DNA of 64,000 nt from Candidatus Sumerlaeaceae bacterium (lineage in GTDB: Bacteria > Sumerlaeota > Sumerlaeia > Sumerlaeales > Sumerlaeaceae): the NCBI GenBank assembly GCA_049968255.1, contig JBMFRB010000009.1, positions 32,001-96,000 of the forward strand, read 5' to 3'. Each line of letters starts with the position of its first letter. The stretch's first letter is position 1. The translations under genes and the position numbers were made by a program. Shown piece after piece: positions 1 to 7,941 of this stretch. Under the pieces are notes generated by a model that had not been told where the DNA came from, made no database searches, and worked only from the letters and a program-made list of their open reading frames with translations.

Positions 1-1512
1 CGGCCCGTGTTCATGGAACTCAACCGCGCGCAAGAGTTCACCAGCTCCCGGACCCGTCACCCCATGCGCATGTGGGTGAAAATGGGTCTAAAGAAAAATG
101 GTGATATCACGGCCATTGATTTTCGTGGGATACTCAATACCGGTGCCTATGGTTCCCACGGGCTCACGGTGCTGACCAACGTTGGCAGCAAATGCCTCGG
201 CTTGCTGCATTGTCCAAATGTGCGATTTGACGGGAAAACCGTCTACACGAATTTGCCTGTCGGCGGAGCCTACCGCGGCTACGGTGCCACTCAGGGCATG
301 ATGGCCTTGGGCCAACTCATTGACGAGGCCGCGCGGGCCATTGGTATGGACCCTGTAGATTTTTGCTTGCGCAACCACATTCGTGCCGGCGAAACGCACC
401 CCATCTTCCGCGCCTTGGGAGAGGGACGCGAGGGCGTGGATATGACCATCGCATCGTGCGGTTTGGCTGAGTGCATCCGCCTTGGTGCTGAACGCTTCGG
501 CTGGAAAAAGCGCCGTGCCCAAGGGGCGAAAATGTCTGGACCTATCAAGCGTGGCGCAGGAATGGTCATTCTCATGCAAGGCTCATCCATTCCCGAAATC
601 GACATGGCTGCCGCCATCGTGAAGCTCAACGACGACGGCTCAGTGAATCTCTACAGTGGGGCCACAGATCTTGGCACTGGCGCGGACACGATTCTTTGCC
701 AGATCGTCGCCGAAACGCTGCACCTACCTGTGGACGATATCATTCTCACTGTGGCCGACACGGATAATTCGCCCTTTGACACGGGTGCCTATGCTTCGAG
801 CACGACCTACCTTAGTGGCGAAGCGGCTCGGCGTGCGGCGGTGGATCTGCTCGAGAACATGCGCCAGGTGGCTGCCGAAGCACTCGGTGTGGCGCCTGAA
901 AAACTCGACGTCGGCGAAAAATGCTTCTACGTCCACGGCAATCCACGCAAAACGATAAGCTACGAAGCCCTTGCGCGACGCGCTCTCTACTCATGCAATC
1001 AACAGCAACTCGTGGGCCATGCTTCGGCCATCTCGCATGTATCGCCACCACCGTTCGCGGCGCATTTCTGCGAAGTGGAAGTGGACACCGAAACGGGCGT
1101 GGTGCGTGTCGTCAAATACGTTGCCGCCGTGGACTGCGGTGTGGCAATCAATCCGACACTTGCCGAGGGACAAACTGAAGGCGCCGTGCTAAACTCGATT
1201 GGCGCAGCCCTGATGGAAGAGTATCTCTTCAACGACGACGGGCGAATGCTCAATCCTACTTTCAACTATTACAAACTCTTCACACCCGGTGAAACGCCAC
1301 TCGTCGAGACGATTCTCGTGCCAACCTACGAACCGACTGGGCCTTATGGCGCGAAGAGTGTCTCAGAAATCAACACAAACGGTCCGCTGCCGGCCATCGC
1401 CAACGCGATCTACGACGCTATTGGTGTCCGCTTGCGTAAAGCGCCCTACACGCCAGAGCGGGTGCTTGAGGCCCTCGAAGCGAAGCGGCGAGCGGAGTTT
1501 CGGGCAACCTAA
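1..1512 (+). CDS. Xanthine dehydrogenase family molybdopterin-binding subunit (5'-truncated by window edge)
   Basis: Frame is open from base 1. Motifs include GAYRGYG, DLGTGADT..Q, VEVDTETG, AINP..AEGQ and GPYGAKSVSE. Confidence 0.9.
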   Translation, partial: RPVFMELNRAQEFTSSRTRHPMRMWVKMGLKKNGDITAIDFRGILNTGAYGSHGLTVLTNVGSKCLGLLHCPNVRFDGKTVYTNLPVGGAYRGYGATQGMMALGQLIDEAARAIGMDPVDFCLRNHIRAGETHPIFRALGEGREGVDMTIASCGLAECIRLGAERFGWKKRRAQGAKMSGPIKRGAGMVILMQGSSIPEIDMAAAIVKLNDDGSVNLYSGATDLGTGADTILCQIVAETLHLPVDDIILTVADTDNSPFDTGAYASSTTYLSGEAARRAAVDLLENMRQVAAEALGVAPEKLDVGEKCFYVHGNPRKTISYEALARRALYSCNQQQLVGHASAISHVSPPPFAAHFCEVEVDTETGVVRVVKYVAAVDCGVAINPTLAEGQTEGAVLNSIGAALMEEYLFNDDGRMLNPTFNYYKLFTPGETPLVETILVPTYEPTGPYGAKSVSEINTNGPLPAIANAIYDAIGVRLRKAPYTPERVLEALEAKRRAEFRAT

Positions 1513-1516
1513 TGGA

Positions 1517-2146
1517 TCACGACGCCCTGCTGCTTAGGTCGTGGTTCTCCGCCACGAGTGGGCGTATATCCACTACCTCCATGCCGGCGGCTCGTGCGGC
1601 TTCGATGCCAAGGTCGGCATCCTCGAAGGCAAGACAAACCGAAGGGTCCACACCTAAGCGTTTCGCTGCTGTGAGGAAGAGATCCGGTGCTGGTTTGCCA
1701 CGCTCGACGTCATCTGCTGTGACAATGGCCCGAAAAACATCAAGAAGTCCCAGTGCCTCGAGCGTCTTGCAGCACGAACTACGTGTGCCGCTTGTGGCCA
1801 CGGCCATCGGTAATTTGCCTGCGTGTTCGCGAATGAGCCGAACCACGGGTTCAATGGGTTTCACTTCAGGCAGCATCCGAAGAAAATGCTCTGATTTGCG
1901 TTTTCGTGTCGTCTCTGGGTCTAAGCGACAACCGTGGCGCTCATTGAGCAAATGAATGATATCGAGCGTTGGCATGCCGGCAAGTTCATAGAAGAGTGCT
2001 TCTGGAAATTTCGCCGCATCTGAGCCTAAGACATGGAGCCACGCCTTATAGTGCAACGGCATCGTGTCGGCGATGGTGCCATCGCAATCAAACACTAGTC
2101 CACGAATGTGAGAGGGTATGTCAATCACACAAATCTCCTCAAGCAT
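1517..2146 (-). CDS. HAD-superfamily phosphatase (YqaB/beta-phosphoglucomutase-like)
   Basis: Motif I FDCDGT, motif II ATS, GKPAPD and FEDADLG. Confidence 0.9.
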   Translation of the reverse strand: MLEEICVIDIPSHIRGLVFDCDGTIADTMPLHYKAWLHVLGSDAAKFPEALFYELAGMPTLDIIHLLNERHGCRLDPETTRKRKSEHFLRMLPEVKPIEPVVRLIREHAGKLPMAVATSGTRSSCCKTLEALGLLDVFRAIVTADDVERGKPAPDLFLTAAKRLGVDPSVCLAFEDADLGIEAARAAGMEVVDIRPLVAENHDLSSRAS

Positions 2147-2266
2147 GCGGTGTGCTTCTGTCGCTTTCGAAGCAACGCAATTTTAGAAACGCACGAGAAA
2201 ACGGGATTGGCCACGCCCCTTCTAATAATGCTAACATGCCAACATACTAATAAATATAGGACCAGC

Positions 2267-4111
2267 TTATGATTTTGGCTCGGCTTCCACGCCTTGGAAC
2301 TCGAGGAACTCGCATCGGATCTTCGCGCGCTCAAGATCAACCGGCACGCCCTCCTGTGTCTGTACGAATCTCCATTGTTTGGCTGTCGCCGCCGGCTGAG
2401 CCTCTAGGTCTATCCGCTGAAGGTAAACGGGACACGAAGCCACAGCGTAGCAGTTATAAAATTCAAAGCAGCGCTCTCCCACGCGCGATTCTTCACGTTC
2501 GACGATGCCCCGAACTTCCTCTTTGCTGGGCACCGATGATGCCAGAGCCATGAGCGACGAATTTGGATAATAGTGCTCCAGGATCTCACGATAGTTCTTG
2601 CCGCGGTAGGCCATCATCGTAGCGCCGACCTGACACATGCCGGCACCGTGTCCCCAACCAGCACCCTTGAGGATCACTGTGGCGATGGTCCCATCCGCAT
2701 TGCGCTCGTAGTTCACAACGAAAGCCGAGCTGTAAAGGAACGACGGACTCAGCGCTTCTCGGATAGAGTATTGCTTGGCGACTGTGCCGAGCACCCATGA
2801 ACCGCGCGTGCCCACGACGCGCAGGTATTCCACGCGTCCCGATGCTCCTCGCGAGATTGGCTCGAGCGCCTCAAGCCGTCCGATATCCACGCCAAGGTAT
2901 TGAGATAGCCGCTCTTCGAGTTCCCGGCGATCGAGCCGAATCTCCCAACGAAAGTAAGGTGCAGAATAACGCAGGTAAGGTGGCACGTCGTCGCCAGTGG
3001 TGTTGCACCACACATCCGGTTTTGCGGCGATAAGCGCCGCTGCGTGCTCCTCCGTGTTTGCAGGGAAGTATTGTTCGACTTCGGAGCCAGCTGGCGCATC
3101 TGGCTTAGCCACGAGATAGCCACGGGGCTCCTCGTTCCACACGCTGTCAAAACTCTCAATGATACCTCCGCACATTTTCGAGTAGCGGCAGTCGCACACC
3201 TCTCCATTGTGCACGAGAACCTCACCTAGTGTGGCGAGAGTCACACGCCGCGAATCGGCTGTTTCGCGCGAGGATCCTCGATAGCATTGGCAATGGTCAT
3301 CTGCGCACAGGTGGAAAGGATCGGCATAATGGTGTTTGCCCATCGTGGCAAAGAGGGTATTGCGTGCGGCGACCGTCTGGGCCTTGAGCAGTTCCTCGGG
3401 CATGACCGACATCATCTCCGACGAGTTCACCGAAAAAAGGTAGGCCTCGGCCGGCAGCTCGTTGATCGCGGTCAGCAGCCCCTTATTGTCGACCCGTATT
3501 TCCACGACACCGCGGAAGCGCTGGCGTTCATAGTGCTTCCAGTGAAAACTCACTCCGACAATCACATCGTGAATGACTGCGCGATCGTTGTCGGGATCGC
3601 ATGGCTCGAACCGAACCCATTGGCCTGCCCGCAGCACGAGGTCCCCCGCGTGCACACGAACCATGCCACGGGGCGCCTCGACGCACTCGGTCATGAGGGA
3701 GACGCGTTCACGTTTCGGCAATCGCGCTTGCAGCGTCGTCGCTTCTTCCTCTGTGCCATAGCGCCGCGAGCAACGCCAGTATTCGACGCTGGAAATTCCG
3801 GCCGCAAACTCGTACCCAAGTCGCAAAGTTTCCAAGGGATCAAGGACAGGATGCGGTGAGCTCACTGCATCGGCGACCTCGCGCTTAGGCGATTTCGCCA
3901 GGACGAGCCGATAGCCAAGCACTGCGGGCCGCGCCTCGACCACAGTGAACCGAAAATCCGCCGCCTCGAGCAAGCGCTCATCTCCCCGTGCGCCCGATGC
4001 CGTGACGATGCGATAGCGGCCCCGCAGCGAAACTCGAATCTGCTGCTGGTGTTGAAGGATCCCGATGCGTACGCGGGGACCCCACCACTCAGAATAACTG
4101 AGTTTCTCCAT
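2267..4111 (-). CDS. SpoIID/LytB domain protein (putative lytic transglycosylase)
   Basis: INELPAEAYL..V..SEM, LKAQTVAAR, CADDHCQCY and GAGWGHGAGMCQ.GA...Y.EIL.HYYP. Confidence 0.9.
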   Translation of the reverse strand: MEKLSYSEWWGPRVRIGILQHQQQIRVSLRGRYRIVTASGARGDERLLEAADFRFTVVEARPAVLGYRLVLAKSPKREVADAVSSPHPVLDPLETLRLGYEFAAGISSVEYWRCSRRYGTEEEATTLQARLPKRERVSLMTECVEAPRGMVRVHAGDLVLRAGQWVRFEPCDPDNDRAVIHDVIVGVSFHWKHYERQRFRGVVEIRVDNKGLLTAINELPAEAYLFSVNSSEMMSVMPEELLKAQTVAARNTLFATMGKHHYADPFHLCADDHCQCYRGSSRETADSRRVTLATLGEVLVHNGEVCDCRYSKMCGGIIESFDSVWNEEPRGYLVAKPDAPAGSEVEQYFPANTEEHAAALIAAKPDVWCNTTGDDVPPYLRYSAPYFRWEIRLDRRELEERLSQYLGVDIGRLEALEPISRGASGRVEYLRVVGTRGSWVLGTVAKQYSIREALSPSFLYSSAFVVNYERNADGTIATVILKGAGWGHGAGMCQVGATMMAYRGKNYREILEHYYPNSSLMALASSVPSKEEVRGIVEREESRVGERCFEFYNCYAVASCPVYLQRIDLEAQPAATAKQWRFVQTQEGVPVDLERAKIRCEFLEFQGVEAEPKS

Positions 4112-4144
4112 CTCATCTCCTCGCGCTGAAATTGAGGGCTAGTG

Positions 4145-5806
4145 TTATGCCTCTTCTGCCACGCTCGCAAAGCGGTCGCTGCTCGCTGAATTCCTGCCGC
4201 AGCGCCGCTCAATGATCGAAAGCAGGTCATCCAGGCTTTCGCGCGAGCATTCTCCCATAAAGCAAATCTGGATCCAGTTGCGCTCAAGTAGGTACTCGCT
4301 CATGTAGCTGAGCAGGAAGCCGGCCTCCTCGAGCTCGCGTCCCACGTCGAAAGAGCGCAGGTGTGGCGGTAGCACCAGTGTGATCACGGCCGGTGCCGCA
4401 TGCTCCTCCGGCGCCAGCACGGTCAGGCCTGCCTGGCGCAGACGCTCGCGAGCCCACGCGGAAATCTCTGCACGTTGCGCGAAAGGCGGATGTGCCTCGA
4501 AGCGTTCTAGAGCGGCCTTCAAAGCACGGATGAGGTTCGATGAGTGGGTGAAGGGCACGCCCTCTTTTGAGGCGTAATAGCCCAGATCGAGGTAGCGCGG
4601 CAAAGATTTTGCTGGGATGACTTTGTGGTTATAAAACACCATCGACAATCCCGGGAATGAGCCAATCCCCTTGCCACTCACCGCGGAAGCAAGGTACAAT
4701 TCGCTCATGTCCAGCGGCACAATGCCAAAAGACGAAATGCAGTCCATGGCCAGCTTAATGCCGCGCTCCTTAGCAATAGCGAGTAATGTCGGCAAGTTGT
4801 TGAGAATACCTGTGGACGTCTCGCAGTGCACCCCCCACATCCAGCCCAGCTTTGGACTTTGCTCCACACGCGCACGCAAGGCCTCGTAGTCAAACGGCTC
4901 GCCATAAGGAGCGTCGAAAACCTCGAAGGCTAGGCCAAAACGCGACGCAGCGTCGGCAAGCCGCCAGCCGAACTCACCGTTGGCGAGAACAAGACCAGGC
5001 CTATTGAGCAGCTTCAATTGCGCACCGACCACATCATTGGCCAGCGTGCCTGAACCGACGAAGATCTCGACATGTCGAGCCTTTGTCAGCCGGCACAGTT
5101 GCACCTTCATGCCCTGAAATTCGCGCATAAACTCCTTGCCGCGATGCGACACAGGTGCCTGCGCAAACGCCGCCTGTACGTCGGGATGAATGTTCACGGG
5201 ACCCGGCAGGAAATTTGCCACACGGGTCTCAGATTCATTCTCCATACCGAGGATTTCCTCCGGACCGAGAACCTGCATGGTGATTTTTTCGAATTCCTTC
5301 TTTGTCATGTACATCGGCTGAAATTGCGCCCCAGGGCTGCCCACAAGCGGCCCAAAAGGCACAAAGCCCAGATGTTGATATAATTTGAGCTGGCGAGTGG
5401 TTCCGCTGATGAGCGCCAGGTCATAACCCTTACGCAAGGCGTAACGGGCTAGTTCCAGTGCCAGGCCGCGGAACACGCGCCCCGTGCGAAATTCTGGCTC
5501 CACTGCCAGCAAGCGAATTTCGCACATGGCATTTGCTGGGGGCAAGAGATCGTCAAGATCCGCTAGCTTCAGATCCAGCGAAAAGGGGCGGCGATCCCGC
5601 ACTGCCAACATTCCCACCACCCGGCCGTCGCATACGCAAATCAGATAGGTGTTTTCATCATGGAAACGATCCACGAGCTTCCCCTCTTCATTCGGCTGAT
5701 GCTGGGGGATCTCTTTGACAAAAGTCCGGTAATTGAGCCTGTGAATCTGCTCGAACTCTTCCGGCTCAGTGGCCACTTTGAATGTAAGCGGCTTATGCGA
5801 TTTCAT
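4145..5806 (-). CDS. Fusion of GNAT-type N-acyl-amide synthase domain and class V PLP aminotransferase
   Basis: N-terminal RLNYRTFV.EIPQH, CEIRLLAV and LYQHLGF. C-terminal FLPGPV, SGTLAND, HCETSTG, DCISS and SGKGIG (PLP lysine). Start placed at the ATG at 5806; the ORF track starts at 5827. Confidence 0.85.
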   Translation of the reverse strand: MKSHKPLTFKVATEPEEFEQIHRLNYRTFVKEIPQHQPNEEGKLVDRFHDENTYLICVCDGRVVGMLAVRDRRPFSLDLKLADLDDLLPPANAMCEIRLLAVEPEFRTGRVFRGLALELARYALRKGYDLALISGTTRQLKLYQHLGFVPFGPLVGSPGAQFQPMYMTKKEFEKITMQVLGPEEILGMENESETRVANFLPGPVNIHPDVQAAFAQAPVSHRGKEFMREFQGMKVQLCRLTKARHVEIFVGSGTLANDVVGAQLKLLNRPGLVLANGEFGWRLADAASRFGLAFEVFDAPYGEPFDYEALRARVEQSPKLGWMWGVHCETSTGILNNLPTLLAIAKERGIKLAMDCISSFGIVPLDMSELYLASAVSGKGIGSFPGLSMVFYNHKVIPAKSLPRYLDLGYYASKEGVPFTHSSNLIRALKAALERFEAHPPFAQRAEISAWARERLRQAGLTVLAPEEHAAPAVITLVLPPHLRSFDVGRELEEAGFLLSYMSEYLLERNWIQICFMGECSRESLDDLLSIIERRCGRNSASSDRFASVAEEA

Positions 5807-5934
5807 AAAGCCTTTCGCTCCTCCCACGTGCTCCCAGGAGCTTGCCCGCGGGGTGCTCGTGAATCGCCTTTGCTATTTTTTTATTTCTCAAGCTGCGTTT
5901 ATCGTATATCTGTTGAAGTGAGTTCAAGCATTGT

Positions 5935-6879
5935 CTAGCAAGAAAACGCTTCGAAAGCCAGTCCTGCCGCGCCAACAATTCCTGCATCTGCGCCGAGCTG
6001 AGCGACACAAATGTGTGCTCGCTCCGCGGGGCGCCGAAAGGCACGCGCACGGGCGAAATCACGCAGCGGCGTAAAAATGAATTCGCCCGCTCCAGTCAAA
6101 GCACCGCTGTAGATCAGGCGCTCGGGATTCAGGATATTAATGACGCTTGCAGCCGCAATGCCAAGAGCTTTGCCCACGTCGTAGAGCACCTGTCTCGCGA
6201 AGGCATCGCCTGCAATCGCTGCGTCGTAGACAATCCGTGCGCCAAACGTTTGCTCTTCACCAGCAGGTATGCATATCGAGGTTTGCACGCCACTTGCCAG
6301 CGCTTCGCGCACGACACGTCGGATTGCAGTGGCACTGGCGTAGGCTTCGAGGCATCCGCGCGAGCCGCAGTTGCAGAGCGGACCGTTAAAATCTATGGTC
6401 ATATGACCAAGCTCTCCTGCCGTATCGTCGGGACCGGTGTAAAGCTTGCCATTGAGGATGAGGCCGCCGCCCACACCTGTGCCAAGTGAGAAAAGCACCA
6501 TGTTCTCACAGCCGCGACCGGCTCCTGCCCAGAACTCCCCGTACGCCGCTGCGTTTGCATCATTGTGAAGGACCACTGGCAGGCCGAGTGCATGTTCAAG
6601 CCGCTCGCGCACGGGCGCATTTTCCCACCCCGGGAGATTTGGAGCTTCATAAACGATGCCGAGCCGCGAGTTCATTGGCCCAGGCACACCCATGCCCACG
6701 CCACGCACGTTGTGGCGCGTAGCCAGCTCACGAGCCGTTTTCGTCACTCGTTCGATAACGCTTTCAAATCCTTCCTGGGCGTGTGTTGGAATTTTCATCT
6801 GCTCCACGATGCGCCCGTCAGCGTCCACGATGCCAAACTTTGTGTCAGTCCCGCCAAGATCGATTCCTAGCATCAGCAT
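5935..6879 (-). CDS. ROK family sugar kinase (glucokinase-like)
   Basis: GIDLGGT, NDANAAAYGE, GTGVGGG, GELGH and the CNCGSRGCLE zinc motif. Start uncertain (6879 or 6930). Confidence 0.92.
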   Translation of the reverse strand: MLMLGIDLGGTDTKFGIVDADGRIVEQMKIPTHAQEGFESVIERVTKTARELATRHNVRGVGMGVPGPMNSRLGIVYEAPNLPGWENAPVRERLEHALGLPVVLHNDANAAAYGEFWAGAGRGCENMVLFSLGTGVGGGLILNGKLYTGPDDTAGELGHMTIDFNGPLCNCGSRGCLEAYASATAIRRVVREALASGVQTSICIPAGEEQTFGARIVYDAAIAGDAFARQVLYDVGKALGIAAASVINILNPERLIYSGALTGAGEFIFTPLRDFARARAFRRPAERAHICVAQLGADAGIVGAAGLAFEAFSC

Positions 6880-6969
6880 AATACCGTCAAGCCAAGGTTG
6901 GGAGCGTTTCATGTCAACGACAATGGACAAAGAGTTTGGGATAAGTTCCTAGCGCATCTCCTGCGAAAA

Positions 6970-7941
6970 TCATCGCACCCTTATCAATGGCGAGCGTTTC
7001 CGCGACCGCCGCCTCTGCCCCTGTTTCCGCCCATAGAAAAGCATACACGGAGAGCTCGAAGCGACGTAGGGCTCCCCTTCGTATGATCCAAAAATTTGCA
7101 CCACTTCGAACCCGGCCCGACGAAGCGCTGCCACGAGCTCGCGCCGACTGTAAAGACGCAGGTAATAATCCGCCACCTCCGTACGGTTTCCCACCGTGAA
7201 ACGTGTGACATTCGAAAGAACTCTGCGCAAGCGGTCGTAGCTAAACTCTTCCTCTATCTCGAAATCCTTTGTGATGAGCCAACGGCGCGGAGCACTCATC
7301 ACGGCTTCGATAAGCGGCCGGGGATTTGGCGCTTCCAGAAGAAGCTGGCCACCCGAAATCAGGACTCGCCCAATCTCCTGAAGCACGAGTTCATTTTCGG
7401 CGATCGGAGCAGCCTGAGCAGCTTCGGCCACATCGGCAGGCGTGTCGCCCGTCTTATAACTGCCGAATTCAGGAGAGACAAGTTTGCGCTCATAAAAGAC
7501 TTGCGGCAGTTTCCACAACTCTCGCTTCACATCGAGCGAGGGGGAGGCCGGTGGTTGTACAAAATAGCCAAAGCTATTGAACAACAGCACAACGGCGTCA
7601 AACGAAGCATCGCGCAATGGCAAGCGTCGCATATCACCTCGGATGGCTGAAAATCGCCCCACCTGACGTCGCGGCATAGTGGCCAGTGCTCGTGCCAGAT
7701 ATTCGTGGTTGTGGTCCAGCCCCACAACCCACGCGTGTCGTGAGAAAATTCGCGCGTGGCGGCCAAATCCGCAAGCGAGGTCCAAAACACGTTTGCCGTC
7801 GAGTTCAAGGATGTGCCGCGCGAACTCTGCTTCCCGCCGTGTTTGCGAAGGCGGCAGCAAATGCCGGCTGTAAAGTTCTCCGTAAAGTTTGCCAAAATAG
7901 CGCTTCGTCCAGTCACCTGGCCCTGGGCCATGCGCCGTCAT
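6970..7941 (-). CDS. Class I SAM-dependent methyltransferase
   Basis: VLDLACGFGRH, GDMR and FDAVV..FNSFGYF. The start overlaps the stop of the upstream radical SAM gene (ATGA). Confidence 0.88.
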   Translation of the reverse strand: MTAHGPGPGDWTKRYFGKLYGELYSRHLLPPSQTRREAEFARHILELDGKRVLDLACGFGRHARIFSRHAWVVGLDHNHEYLARALATMPRRQVGRFSAIRGDMRRLPLRDASFDAVVLLFNSFGYFVQPPASPSLDVKRELWKLPQVFYERKLVSPEFGSYKTGDTPADVAEAAQAAPIAENELVLQEIGRVLISGGQLLLEAPNPRPLIEAVMSAPRRWLITKDFEIEEEFSYDRLRRVLSNVTRFTVGNRTEVADYYLRLYSRRELVAALRRAGFEVVQIFGSYEGEPYVASSSPCMLFYGRKQGQRRRSRKRSPLIRVR

